A stretch of 63,849 nt of DNA, filler included, from Barthelona sp. PAP020 (taxonomy: Eukaryota), in NCBI GenBank assembly GCA_040182905.1. It is 4 parts of 4 records of this genome, joined end to end, with 100 filler letters (N's around TTAATTAATTAA, not from the genome) between each part and the next. Parts side by side here need not be neighbours in the genome. Positions count along the whole stretch, not along the records: positions 1 to 17,654 come from JARQWU010000237.1; 3 more parts are not named here. One strand, 5' to 3'. Below, piece by piece: positions 1-11,497 of the stretch. Each line of letters opens with the position of its first letter. The first letter of the stretch is position 1. A model generated the notes under the pieces. That model was not told the origin of the DNA, made no database searches, and saw only the letters and a program-made list of their open reading frames with translations. The translations under genes and the position numbers were made by a program.

Positions 1-88
1 AGGAATAACCATCAAGACCTTCATTGTGACCACTTTCCCAAGCAAGAGCAGTGGCTAAAACAATAGCAAAAGCAACAAGAAATTTCAT
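1..88 (-). CDS. 5' end of a secreted protein (runs off the window)
   Basis: ATG at 88 reads MKFLVAFAIVLATALAWESGHNEGLDGYS, a classic signal peptide. Too short for the ORF track. Confidence 0.75.
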   Translation of the reverse strand, partial: MKFLVAFAIVLATALAWESGHNEGLDGYS

Positions 89-693
89 GTTAACAGAAAA
101 AATATTAATTTAAATAATTCTCAAATTGTCTTGAATCTGGATTTTTCCAAATTTTTTCAAATTCTTTCCAAATATTTTTGAAATTCCAAATTTTTATCAT
201 ATTATTCATTGGAGATCAATTAATCTAAAATAATAATCTGTGACGGAAGTTGCTCAAAAAAAAAAAGGGTGGAAAATCACCTTTCTTGTTTTTGCATTTT
301 TTTTTTTTACAGAAACTATATTGATTAGAATTTTTGCGAAAATTCATTCAAGTTCCTAAAATGTTTCCAAAAATTATTTCTTTTTGTTGGACTGTTGTTT
401 CTTAAATATTTTTTTTCAAAGTTGTGTTTGTAAACTATTTATTCATATTTTGAAGAAATAATGGTTTTTATTTCATTTTTATTGTTGAATGTGTTGTGTT
501 CTGTGACTCATAAGGATTCTCAGGCATTTTTTTCAAAGACAATTGTTTTTTGCTTTGAATTTTATACTTCTCATTTAATATCTTAAGAATGAAATGGAAT
601 ATGAAAAAGAATAAATACAGTGAGAGTGATTAAAACTATTTTCTTTCCACTTTTTTATGAATATTTTTTGATTTCTGCATGTGAATCACTAAA

Positions 694-3600
694 ATGAAGA
701 TTTATAGGCTTATAACAACACTTATTGGATTAATTATGTGTGTTCAATGTTTATACGATTATGTTTATGTATCACCAAATACACATGATGTTATTTATTT
801 AGATTCACAATGTATTTATAGAATAAATATTAATAATACTTTTGAGAACATTGTTGAATTTCATTTGCCTTCTAATAAATATGAAAATGAATACATTCGA
901 ATAACCGATCGAGATATTGTGAAAATGGAAGTAGAGGGGGATGTTGCAAGACAGAATGATGATAATACTTTTTTAATAAAAGAAAATAGTAAAGAATTTT
1001 TAGTTCGAATTAGCAGTGAACAAGATGGGTCAAGTTTTTTGGTATTCATTGGTAAAATGCTTGAAGAAAATAATGTTGAATTTTTTAATGAAGATGGAGT
1101 CTACATCATGAATGGAAGCTTGGAATCAAATATCACAATTCAATTGACAAATAGTTTTGCTTATATTAGTACCAATTGCTACATATTAAGTCCAGCTTTG
1201 AAATTTGATGATGTCCTGTTATATTTATTTTTCAAGTCTAAACTAATTGTTGGTGATGAGATAAGGAGAGATTACATCTTTGAAAAGAATAAAACTCAAA
1301 ATGATTGTTATTTTGTATTTTATCATGAGAATATCATTACGAAATTGGTTGATGATTCCACACTAAACAATATGAAAACATTGACTATTGAACGCAACTT
1401 ACATTTAGTAACCTTAAGTGATCCTTCACAAATTATTTTTGTTGAATTGCTTTATCGAAGTTCTGAAAGGATTAAAAATTTTTGGGTTTATTGTATCGAT
1501 GATTTTTCAAATATTAAACATTATTATCATGATAGTTTTCTGGCAAAAACTGTGTTTAATGGTAGTATTTGCCAAAAACATTTGATTTTCTTTGAAGACC
1601 ATGATTATTTGGTGTTGAAACAACAAGATTTTCCGTATTTGCTATTTTCCAATGTGGATTATGGATTTGATAAATTGAATGGTAGAAAAGTTTTGATAAA
1701 TTTATTGACTCCCAATGAGATTGAGCGTTTTGAAATATCGTTTGATACTTATTTAAATAATATCACTATATTTCATCCTTTTTCTGCTAGTTTCATGATT
1801 GATCATTCTTTTCATTTTAGAACTATTGATAATATTCATGTAAATTCCAGAGTATGGTTACATATTGTTGAAAATGAGACATTTCCAATGTTTGGTAGTA
1901 CTGAACTAAGATTTCCTTTGATTAACAATAATTTTATTGATTTTACGAAAGAAAAAATTCAAAAATCTACTAAAATATTGATTGATATCAAAAAAGATAC
2001 ATATTATTTTAGAATTGATTCAGAAGAAACCATTACATTTGAATTATTATTTAATGAAGAGAATACTTTTGATTATTTCCATGTTTCTGTATTAGCGGAT
2101 ACTTCTTTTGGTAGTAAACCCATTGGGGCTATTAGTGCATGGAATGATAAAGAAGAATTAATATCATTGGTTCATTTTTATAATGTTGAAAAATGTTGGG
2201 TATTTGATGTGGGATTCGATGAAGAGATCAAATATTTAAAAATATTTGGACAAAATAGTATATTATTTCAAAGAGTTAATTTTGAAATATTTCCAAATCA
2301 TGAGAAAATTCCTCTTAATTATATACCTGAAGATTATGATAAAAAACCATTGCCAAAAACCACTGATATTGTGTATAGTGATTTAAATTCAACCGCTAAT
2401 TTTGATGTTTCTATTTATAGAGCCACAGTTATAGTTATTCAGCCCTATAAATTTGTGAAGAAAAAGATTTTCTTATATTTACCAGTTGAAACCAATGAAA
2501 TTTATGAAAGAGTTTTCTTAATGAGTTTTTTGTACAAAAAGTACGATTCAAATAGGCTTGAAATTTTGAATTCTACAGTTGGTATCAATGTGGTCAGATA
2601 TGATTTGGAAGGGAAGAAACAATTATATTATTATCGTGAAAATGGAGTCATTGAATTCAATTATACCACCAGTACTATATTTGAAATTGACGTTGAACCT
2701 AGTGTTTATGTTGATTTTAACGAAATCCTTGAATATCATGTAGAATTTGTCAGCGCAAATTTAACTTCTACTGATTCAGGCACGGAAATGTTACCATTGG
2801 TGGAGGAGGTTGTTTATTCTTTAATACATCCTCAATTAGAATTAACAAAATCTTCATATTCTAATGAAGAATCATGTAATTTGGTAAAATTTAACATAAC
2901 CTATTTTGTATGGAAAATACATGTTCAAATGCTTTCTGAAGATGATAAAAAGTACAATTTATTAAGTTCAGATTATAATAGCGATCAAAGCTGCTATTTC
3001 TTTTTAGATTGTCATGATTATAATATTTATTATGATTTCATTGAGTTCAGTCAAGTTATAGGTTATTTATTTGTATATAAGATTGTTTTTGGAACTTCCG
3101 TTAATCCAATGCAAATTGAATTGGGTGTGGATAATATAAAATTTGTTAATGAAAATGAACCTGCACAGAGGTATACATTTAATTCAACATCTATCAGACA
3201 ATTCAATTTTAACTTCAATCTTGGTCATACTCTTACCCAAGATATGCCCTTCATAATTTACGAAGGTTCTCCAATTGTTATTTATTTTGAAGGTGACCTG
3301 AATGTTGTTCCATATAAAAACAAAGCAAACGGAAGTTACATTTTATATTCAACATCAAAAACTTATTTTTTTCAAGGCGAAAATATTAAAAACCTTATGT
3401 TCTTGCCTTCTGATGATAAAGAAATCGTTGAAGTCTATTTTGAGGATGTTTACTTTTATATTGATAGTTTCAAAAGATTTTTTGTCCAATTGCACGCCAA
3501 AAGGGTTGAAATTAATTTTGAAGTGATGTTTGAGACAGGTACATTGAATATGTTTGCTTCCATTGAACGAGATTCGCAGTTTTCAAATCTTCAAATTTTT

Positions 3601-6405
3601 CGGAATTTTTCCACACATTTGGAACTGATGTTTGTGATGGATGGTGAATTGGACAATATTTTACATAATGAGCATACAACTGTGTCAATTCAAATCCCGA
3701 AAGGTAATTATACTGTATTCATTTCTCCTTTTAACGATAGACATGATCTTATTGAATTTCAAATTGAAGATTTTGAAGTTCTTTTAAATAATACCAATCG
3801 TGTTATTTGTCCTCATGGTATGGTTGTTAACGGAGAATGTCAATATCATCCAGCAACCTTAATTCCACGTGATATTGTCCAAACAACTTCTAACAGTGAA
3901 AAATCAATTGAATATATGTTTCCACTTGATAGAACACATGATTCTATTCATTTGAATCGAAATGTTGAATACAATTTATTTTTTGAGCAAAATTTGGTTT
4001 CATTTCCAACAAAGAATGTCATACATTTTGAATTTTTGTCTTCACATGAGTGTTTATCTGATGAAAAGGTGGGAAAAATTATTTTTAATTCGAAAATGTA
4101 TGAGTTTACTTTGGGAAAACACAGGCATACCTTGATTTTGGCATTACATTTGGATTGTAACATCACTATTCCAAGAGAATTTAATTTTATCAATACCATC
4201 ACAGTTGTCAGAGCAAAAACGGATGATGATTTTAAAGATTATTATCCTTTTGGGATATCTTATAACAAACAAATAGATATTTATATGGGTTGTACTGATA
4301 TAAATAATGGTTTTGCCTTGTTCTTTTCAAGTTTTGATGATGCAGTGCGAGACTTTCAAAATTTTGAAACCTATTTTAAGAATAGTTCTTTTTCTTTAGA
4401 TAACTCCAATTATGAATTTGATATCGAGTATGATTTGTATTTATCAAAAGAGAACTCTTTAATGATAGATCCCTACTATAATCAATATTTATTTTCTTTT
4501 AAATCAAATTTTCTTTTTGAAATTCCTGTTTTTCTTGATTTTCGGAACTATCTAATCAATCGAGGGAGTGATATGATATATTTGTCAACAAGAGATTTGA
4601 TCACCAACAAGCTTTCTGATTATGGTACCCAATCTTTGAAATATTTTACCTTAAAATTGAGCAATAACACCATGTATTACTTTAGATGTGAACTATTTGA
4701 TACCGACTTCGATACAAGATCATTCAAATTACGTATCTTCAATCCTGATAATGGTAATTTTATTGTCAAAAAAGAAGAAGAAAATGACCAAAATGAAATT
4801 GAGAAATTTTTGTTTTTGGAAAATACAGTCTATTTTACCGTGAATGAACCTTGTTATTTGGTTCATTTTGAGCAATTAGTTCCTTCTTTGATGTATAGCT
4901 ATCGTTTATTTTCTGAATTAGCCGCATTTGAATCATTTACCTCTGAATCTATTTTTTATTTGCAGCCTAATATTCTATATGGATTGTCATGTGTCGTCAC
5001 TGATTGTAGTTCAAATAATCAACCTTTAAAAGCCACGTTCAAACGAGATTTGAATATTTCCAATTCTGAAATATTTTTAGAAGAGTCAAAAGAAATCATT
5101 GAATATAACAAGATATATCATCTTCAAAAAAATCAAAAATATGATGTTTCTTTTAAAAATTCAAAATTTGACGTGTTAATTCTTCGCTTTTTAGATGATA
5201 TGGTATACATGGATGGTAAAAACTCAGTATATTTGGGATTAAAGAATTATGATCATGGTTGCATTTTTTCAACAGTTTTATTTTCCCAAACAGTATTATT
5301 GATCTTTGGAAATCATGAATTTACTGTTAATTTGGAAACTAACAATAGTTTTTTTGCTAAATTATTAATAGACAGTGAGATGAATGGAATTGAATATATT
5401 AATTTGCAATTTGAAAAGAATGTTACCAATTATATTCACAATACACTGAGTTATAATTTAAATACAGAATTAACTATTTATGCTACAGGTTTATCATTGA
5501 TGATATTGGAAGAAGACAAAAACATCAAGGCTATCTTTGTAAAGCAAGGACTCAATAGGTTGTTTCAAGACAGGACACAAAAATATTTTCAATTGTTTTC
5601 GAATGACACTTCATATATTTCTAATAAACTACTGCATTTTAACAATCAGAATTTTATTCCATGGAATTCTGAAAAAGAAAAATATTGGATTTATCAAACG
5701 TTTGAATATTTGGAAAACTTTCATATTGATTTAACTCAGGGAAACGATAACACATATTATATTTTCCAAATTGAAATAAGAAACCGAGAAACAGTGAACA
5801 ATCCTATCTTCACTTTCTACAAGAATTCAAATGATGTTGAAAATCCCAATGTTATTATTCAAGGAAATATAAACGTTATGTATCAAGAAAGAGGGTACTA
5901 TTGGTATGTTTTGACACCTGAAGTCATCAGAAATAATTTTTATCAATATTTAAATGTTTCATCAAAATATTCAGTAACTTATCAGAATATTTCAACCAAT
6001 TTGAATGATTTTATTGAATCAATCAATGATGGAGAATGGTTTAGTTTCAAAAAGAATTTAAATGTTGGAAATACTTTCAACAATAAGTTATGTGTCTTAA
6101 ATGAGGCTAAAACTTCTGTGGATTGTGGTACTTCTCTTAGTTGGTACATAAATTTGTACCTTTATGCGAAAAAAGTGGATGTGGGGATCTATTCGTTGAT
6201 AATCATTTCAATAGTATTGAGTGTTGTTAATTGTAAATACAAAAACCTAAAAAGGAAATATAAAGAAGCTGAAGAAGAAAAAGATACAATAAAAGAAAAA
6301 GAAATGGTTCATTTTGATACAGATAACGGTGTTTATGTAGCAAATGATGACTTTTTGATTTCTTATGGCTCAGATGTTGAAGATAATGGATTGTTCCTTC
6401 AGTAG
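694..6405 (+). CDS. Large type I membrane/surface protein of unknown family (1903 aa)
   Basis: Uninterrupted ORF with N-terminal signal peptide, C-terminal TM (VGIYSLIIISIVLSVV) followed by a basic stop-transfer and a short acidic tail. Confidence 0.8.
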   Translation: MKIYRLITTLIGLIMCVQCLYDYVYVSPNTHDVIYLDSQCIYRININNTFENIVEFHLPSNKYENEYIRITDRDIVKMEVEGDVARQNDDNTFLIKENSKEFLVRISSEQDGSSFLVFIGKMLEENNVEFFNEDGVYIMNGSLESNITIQLTNSFAYISTNCYILSPALKFDDVLLYLFFKSKLIVGDEIRRDYIFEKNKTQNDCYFVFYHENIITKLVDDSTLNNMKTLTIERNLHLVTLSDPSQIIFVELLYRSSERIKNFWVYCIDDFSNIKHYYHDSFLAKTVFNGSICQKHLIFFEDHDYLVLKQQDFPYLLFSNVDYGFDKLNGRKVLINLLTPNEIERFEISFDTYLNNITIFHPFSASFMIDHSFHFRTIDNIHVNSRVWLHIVENETFPMFGSTELRFPLINNNFIDFTKEKIQKSTKILIDIKKDTYYFRIDSEETITFELLFNEENTFDYFHVSVLADTSFGSKPIGAISAWNDKEELISLVHFYNVEKCWVFDVGFDEEIKYLKIFGQNSILFQRVNFEIFPNHEKIPLNYIPEDYDKKPLPKTTDIVYSDLNSTANFDVSIYRATVIVIQPYKFVKKKIFLYLPVETNEIYERVFLMSFLYKKYDSNRLEILNSTVGINVVRYDLEGKKQLYYYRENGVIEFNYTTSTIFEIDVEPSVYVDFNEILEYHVEFVSANLTSTDSGTEMLPLVEEVVYSLIHPQLELTKSSYSNEESCNLVKFNITYFVWKIHVQMLSEDDKKYNLLSSDYNSDQSCYFFLDCHDYNIYYDFIEFSQVIGYLFVYKIVFGTSVNPMQIELGVDNIKFVNENEPAQRYTFNSTSIRQFNFNFNLGHTLTQDMPFIIYEGSPIVIYFEGDLNVVPYKNKANGSYILYSTSKTYFFQGENIKNLMFLPSDDKEIVEVYFEDVYFYIDSFKRFFVQLHAKRVEINFEVMFETGTLNMFASIERDSQFSNLQIFRNFSTHLELMFVMDGELDNILHNEHTTVSIQIPKGNYTVFISPFNDRHDLIEFQIEDFEVLLNNTNRVICPHGMVVNGECQYHPATLIPRDIVQTTSNSEKSIEYMFPLDRTHDSIHLNRNVEYNLFFEQNLVSFPTKNVIHFEFLSSHECLSDEKVGKIIFNSKMYEFTLGKHRHTLILALHLDCNITIPREFNFINTITVVRAKTDDDFKDYYPFGISYNKQIDIYMGCTDINNGFALFFSSFDDAVRDFQNFETYFKNSSFSLDNSNYEFDIEYDLYLSKENSLMIDPYYNQYLFSFKSNFLFEIPVFLDFRNYLINRGSDMIYLSTRDLITNKLSDYGTQSLKYFTLKLSNNTMYYFRCELFDTDFDTRSFKLRIFNPDNGNFIVKKEEENDQNEIEKFLFLENTVYFTVNEPCYLVHFEQLVPSLMYSYRLFSELAAFESFTSESIFYLQPNILYGLSCVVTDCSSNNQPLKATFKRDLNISNSEIFLEESKEIIEYNKIYHLQKNQKYDVSFKNSKFDVLILRFLDDMVYMDGKNSVYLGLKNYDHGCIFSTVLFSQTVLLIFGNHEFTVNLETNNSFFAKLLIDSEMNGIEYINLQFEKNVTNYIHNTLSYNLNTELTIYATGLSLMILEEDKNIKAIFVKQGLNRLFQDRTQKYFQLFSNDTSYISNKLLHFNNQNFIPWNSEKEKYWIYQTFEYLENFHIDLTQGNDNTYYIFQIEIRNRETVNNPIFTFYKNSNDVENPNVIIQGNINVMYQERGYYWYVLTPEVIRNNFYQYLNVSSKYSVTYQNISTNLNDFIESINDGEWFSFKKNLNVGNTFNNKLCVLNEAKTSVDCGTSLSWYINLYLYAKKVDVGIYSLIIISIVLSVVNCKYKNLKRKYKEAEEEKDTIKEKEMVHFDTDNGVYVANDDFLISYGSDVEDNGLFLQ

Positions 6406-7077
6406 TATTTTTTTTTTCAGGCATTTGAAAATGTTGAAAAGATTGTTGTTTTTTTTAAATAGAAACAGTAAATAAATAAAGACAAGTTTTTGAAAAACAA
6501 TTTTTTTTTTGGTTAACAATCAGGAATGATTCTTTGATTCTCTTTTAATTCTTTATCTGTTGGATTTGCAAATGGATGTTTTGTGATTTATTTGAAGTAT
6601 TCAATAGTACAATACCGTCAGACCTGTTGAAGAATACTTATAGGAAACACAAAACGAAAAGGAAAAATAGAAATAAAATGTAAAGATTTTACAAACATTT
6701 TCATAAAGAAGCCATATATAACCCACATATAGGACAGTAGTTAAGATACAAGTATTACTCGGAGAGTTCAACAAAAGTCGAAGAAGCTTCGATAAGACCT
6801 CAAACATAGATATGACGTCAACAAGAACAATTCTTTACTTCAAGAACACTGAATTTAATCCTTTAGGTCGCATTCTTTTTTTTTTTTAAAAGTCTTTTAA
6901 ATTTATGAAAGAACAAAAAAATTTAAGCTTAATTTACAAATAACGAAACATAACAAAAACCATTCAAAAATCAAGAAAAACCTTGACAAAACAAGCAATG
7001 TAAATACGGATATAAAAGTAAGAGAAATAAAAACCAAACATTCAATTATTAAAACTTTGAAAATTTTTGCAACCTAA

Positions 7078-8073
7078 TTAAACCAAATTGAACTTCAAAT
7101 CTGGATAACAAGCCTCATCCTTATAATTTTCAAATAATTCGACCAATTTTTCGCAATAATAGTCATGAATGGAATTGATGAGGGATTTAAAAGATTTTTG
7201 ATTGTCAGTAAAAAAGTCCTTTGGATAAATAGGCCTACCAATCACACATTTAACAGGTCTCTCAAAAGGGAAAAACAACCAATTGCCAATAAAAGGAGCG
7301 ATTGGCAATTTTGTAAATTTTGATATTTTTTTTCTTATTGCTTCAAAGAAAGTTGGATTCTCAAACAACTCATTCTCTCCAAACATTATAACAGGAATCA
7401 AAGGCAAATCATTCATAACTGCAATTCGAATAAAACCCTTACGATTTTTAACAAGTACAGATAATTGACCAGGCTCTGACAAAAATATTTCTGCAAGGCC
7501 ACCAGGTAAAAACATGATATTTGATTTAGGATACTTCTTTATACATTTATTGATGGAAAAATAATCAGAATAAATACCACCAGCTTTTAAGATGTTTTCA
7601 CGATAAAAAGGAAATCTAAAAGTTGTATGAAGAGCAACAACACGACTTCTAAACTTGTCAAAAGTCATATGTAATTTTTGAACAAGTAAAGTTAAACCGA
7701 TAAACCAAAATCCATGTGGATGGATAGAATAAATGCACTGTTGCTGATTTTCAATTAAATCAACAATTTCGTCCTCATTTTCAAAAATAATCTCAAAATC
7801 CAAATATTCCATCAATGACTTATTTCCGAAACCATATTGTCTGACCCAATTTGGATCATAGCTGCCTCCAATTCTATTACTTTCAAATAACTGTAATATT
7901 TGGGGAATAAAAATGCCCAAAGCAGATAGAACAATAAATAATCTCAGCCCTACAAAAATCAAACTTAAAATACATATTAATGGATACAAAAAGACCCCTA
8001 AATATTGCCTAGCAAAACATAGTGAAGCCTTAAATGTTAGCCATGGGTCCTTTTTAGGTAAGAATTTGATCAT
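7078..8073 (-). CDS. Diacylglycerol/monoacylglycerol acyltransferase (DGAT2/MOGAT family)
   Basis: HPHG motif, PGGLAE, RKGFIRIA, PVIMFGENE, VIGRPI. Confidence 0.92.
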   Translation of the reverse strand: MIKFLPKKDPWLTFKASLCFARQYLGVFLYPLICILSLIFVGLRLFIVLSALGIFIPQILQLFESNRIGGSYDPNWVRQYGFGNKSLMEYLDFEIIFENEDEIVDLIENQQQCIYSIHPHGFWFIGLTLLVQKLHMTFDKFRSRVVALHTTFRFPFYRENILKAGGIYSDYFSINKCIKKYPKSNIMFLPGGLAEIFLSEPGQLSVLVKNRKGFIRIAVMNDLPLIPVIMFGENELFENPTFFEAIRKKISKFTKLPIAPFIGNWLFFPFERPVKCVIGRPIYPKDFFTDNQKSFKSLINSIHDYYCEKLVELFENYKDEACYPDLKFNLV

Positions 8074-8344
8074 TAAAAGAAATTGAAAAAATGAAGATAT
8101 TTGAAGAAATGAAGAAAAATATTAAATTAATCATAATTATTGAAATTTTACAAAAATGTGTTGAAATAAGAACTTTGTGCAACAATTTTGAAAAAAAAAA
8201 AGATAAACATCAAAAAAAAAAAAAGATTTTTGTTTATACCTTTAATAATGATCAAAGTGACAAAAGATCCAATTTAACGGGGAGATAAATTAAAATATAA
8301 CAAAAACAACAAAAAATTGTCTTATAAAACAAAAAATAGACTAA

Positions 8345-8674
8345 TTAATCAGATTCCACCTCAGATTCTTCTTCAGATTCAGAAGCATCTTCAGTATCAT
8401 GGGATAATTCATTGTCGCTTTCATTATTATCCTCAAAATCTTCATTTTCACTTGCATTTGTTTGATCAATATCAGATTCATTGGCATCATTTGAATCACC
8501 ATATTTTAAAGCTCTTGATAATTGATCTAAATTTGTTAAAACACTTTCATTTAGCAAAGCAACATTGGACATGGACATCAAATTCTCTTGGCCATCCAAA
8601 AATGTGTTTAAAAACGCCAAAGCTTCATCATTGGTGAGTGGTTTGGTCTCTAAAACCTCAACTTGTCCTTTCAT
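8345..8674 (-). CDS. Small acidic protein, possibly RNA polymerase I subunit A14 (Rpa14)-like
   Basis: LTNDEALAFLNTFLDGQE...LTNLDQLSRALK resembles the two conserved helices of yeast Rpa14 as I recall them; acidic tail. Confidence 0.5.
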   Translation of the reverse strand: MKGQVEVLETKPLTNDEALAFLNTFLDGQENLMSMSNVALLNESVLTNLDQLSRALKYGDSNDANESDIDQTNASENEDFEDNNESDNELSHDTEDASESEEESEVESD

Positions 8675-8695
8675 TTAAAAAAAAAAAAATTGTTT

Positions 8696-9160
8696 ATGAT
8701 TTTAAACAACATTTCATTGGTTTTTCGATTAGAAAACTCTAAAAATTGCACATTTAAAAACTTTGTAACGTCATGGACTAATTATTTTGAAAATAGCGTG
8801 CTGATTGCACACGAAGAAGTTTCTGTTGATTCTTTTCCAATTGAATTGTTAAAAGATGAATCTTATGATATTCAAACTAGTGATGATATTTCAAATAAAA
8901 TTTTGGAACGATATTGTGAAGGCAACAATTTGGCTTTGATTGTTGCTGTGATTCAAGAAAAAGATGAGCGGTTGTCAAGAGTCCATGAAACTTGTAAACA
9001 GTTTTTATTACTATTCAATCGAAAATTGATTGAAATTGTAGATATCAATGATTTAACCGAAATGCATCTTGATACTATTTCCACAAATAATTCTTCTATT
9101 ACCCCTCTATCCTTACACATCGCAAAAATAAAAACAATAATTGACAATTTTCCGTTTTGA
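8696..9160 (+). CDS. Hypothetical protein (~154 aa)
   Basis: Open frame with protein-like composition; first ATG at 8696. Confidence 0.65.
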   Translation: MILNNISLVFRLENSKNCTFKNFVTSWTNYFENSVLIAHEEVSVDSFPIELLKDESYDIQTSDDISNKILERYCEGNNLALIVAVIQEKDERLSRVHETCKQFLLLFNRKLIEIVDINDLTEMHLDTISTNNSSITPLSLHIAKIKTIIDNFPF

Positions 9161-9210
9161 TGGGTGTAAACTGTAAAATTGGAATTTTTTTTTTCTGATA
9201 ATGTTAAATT

Positions 9211-10875
9211 ATGGATGAATTTGATGAATTTGAATTATATTCTCAATCTTTAGATGATTTAAGAGAGCAAATCAAATTGAAAGAAAAGGAGTTATCTTCT
9301 TTGAAGAAAGAAAATGAAGATCTGTCAAATCAAACTTCAATACTTGACAAGAGTGAAGATAATGAATTATTGGAATATATTGACGAATTATTGGTGAAAG
9401 AAATGGAAGAAAACAATTTACTTGGTGTTGAAAAGAGAAAAATAGTTTTGACAAATGTAAAATTAGAGGATATTATTGTTGAAAGTACAAGTTCTTTTGA
9501 AAAAACATTACTCAACAATAAAATTGAAATTGAATCTTCTGAAGCTTATAATAGGGAAGCAACAACACAAACTGAGGAACCAAACATTGATAATGAGAAG
9601 ATTATTAAAGGGTTGAATAGTGTTGAGACCTTTAAAACAGAAGATGAAGTGATTGTTCTTGAAGATAGGACTAAAACAGACTTTTTTAATGTTCAAACAA
9701 TATCAATGGAAAGAGATTGTCGAAAAATAGTGGTTAATCCTTTGGCCAGTTTTTCTTTGATTCGTTTAGTGTGTGTTAAGACAGGTATTTGGTGTTGCTT
9801 TGAAAATTCAAACAAAAGCAAAAGTTACGTGATTAAATTTTCGTCATTTGATCTTAGAATAATGAAACAATTTACTTTTGATTTTGGAAATATTTCAGCA
9901 TTTGAGCTTTCTCTGTTGGAGGACTACATTGTCCTTGGATTAAGAAATGGAATGATAAAAGTCTTTTTTTTGGACATTCAAACATGTTTAACTTCTCAGG
10001 TTTCTACTAATCAACCATCTTCTGCAATTATTACAATCTTCATTTTACCAAACAATCAATTTCAAACTTTAACTCAACAAAGGTTATTAAGCACTTTCAC
10101 TGTCACTAAAGATCGTTTGACAGCAGATTGCAAATATGTTGAAGATATAAAAACAAGAGTTGATATTACTTCAGCAAAAATAGTTGAAAATACACTGTTC
10201 ATTGGATTCTCAGATGGAAATCTTATGATAGCTGATCTGTTTACAAATGAATCAATCATTAATGATCAACCATTCAATCCAACCACAACTCAAAAAAAAC
10301 TTTCAAATATTTATAAATGTTCAAATATTATTACTGCATTAGATATTGGAAGTCTTAACAATTCTTTGATTCAAGAATATCCTAAAATTTTGATGGTTGG
10401 TTCTATTGATTGGAAAATTAGTCTATTTGTTGAAAAATTAATTCTCCAACAATTTTTGGAAGAAAGATACAGTGATCAAAATTTCAAAATTTTTGAAAAT
10501 TTCAAAAATGAGGAATTTGAATTCTTGAACATTGTTGATTTTGAATTGCCCTGTACTTTTGCTTTATGTATCAAGGTTTGTCCTACATTACCAACAATGT
10601 TTGTGGTTTCTTTGGCAAATTCTGAAGTTCTTTTATTTGATTTGTCTGAAGCATTTGACAGACCAGTTATGCAATGGAAATTCGGTTCCCCAATATTATC
10701 AATTGATTGGGTTGATAACGAAACTATTGTTTTTGGAAATTCACCTTCTAATGAAACGCAGAGTGGATTAATCGTTCAAAAAATTGAGAATCAAACAAAG
10801 TTGAAGGCTGAAGAACTTACCAACAAATTTATTGATTTGATCACTTATCAGTTAGGTAATTTTTCCAATGATTGA
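9211..10875 (+). CDS. Dynein intermediate chain-like WD40 protein
   Basis: N-terminal coiled coil, TQT LC8-binding motif (REATTQTEE), and C-terminal WD repeats with DIC-like segments (GSIDWKISLF; CPTLPTMFVV...LFDL). Confidence 0.7.
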   Translation: MDEFDEFELYSQSLDDLREQIKLKEKELSSLKKENEDLSNQTSILDKSEDNELLEYIDELLVKEMEENNLLGVEKRKIVLTNVKLEDIIVESTSSFEKTLLNNKIEIESSEAYNREATTQTEEPNIDNEKIIKGLNSVETFKTEDEVIVLEDRTKTDFFNVQTISMERDCRKIVVNPLASFSLIRLVCVKTGIWCCFENSNKSKSYVIKFSSFDLRIMKQFTFDFGNISAFELSLLEDYIVLGLRNGMIKVFFLDIQTCLTSQVSTNQPSSAIITIFILPNNQFQTLTQQRLLSTFTVTKDRLTADCKYVEDIKTRVDITSAKIVENTLFIGFSDGNLMIADLFTNESIINDQPFNPTTTQKKLSNIYKCSNIITALDIGSLNNSLIQEYPKILMVGSIDWKISLFVEKLILQQFLEERYSDQNFKIFENFKNEEFEFLNIVDFELPCTFALCIKVCPTLPTMFVVSLANSEVLLFDLSEAFDRPVMQWKFGSPILSIDWVDNETIVFGNSPSNETQSGLIVQKIENQTKLKAEELTNKFIDLITYQLGNFSND

Positions 10876-11497
10876 ACGATTCTTCAGTTTTTTTGGGTTT
10901 TTTCTCGTTCTTTTTTCTTTTTCAAATTAAAATACAGCTGTGACACCGATTTTTTACTTCAATATCGTTTCAAATCATGATGCATCGATTGGTAATAGGG
11001 TGTGTAGTTATGTGAAAGAACTCAGTGTGTAAATTAATGTTCCAATGATTTTTGAAATGTTCATTGAGGTTCTTTAATTGAAACTCCTTTTTAAAGCAAA
11101 GTGTAATATTGATTTAAACATATGGACAATTAGAGTTGATTTTGAAGTCTTCACTTGAATTGTGAAAACAAATTTTTTTGAAGAGCAGTCATGGAACATG
11201 CAAAGAAAAAAGATTTTTTTTTTCTGATATCAACAGCCAAAATCAATTATTTTTTGTTGGTGTGAAATTAACTTTGAAGGCTAATGAAAAAAAAAAAAAA
11301 GTAGTCTATTCATTTATAGGTTTGTTTTTGGCATGTCAAAAGCCATCAGCAAGTTGAATAATTGTCTTTTTCTTTCACCAATACTCACTGTGCTTCTTTT
11401 TGAGAAATTAAAGAATTGAAATAATCAAACTGTTGCAAAAGAAAAAAATAAAAAGAGAACTGTTTATTATTACAAAGCACACACAATCAGTCAGTCA

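Noticed and set aside
6601..6873. 68-aa ORF and TCGAAG-AAG-CTTCGA hairpin as a gene or snRNA
   Set aside because: No recognisable protein or snRNA motifs; in-frame stop upstream; at most a decayed fragment.
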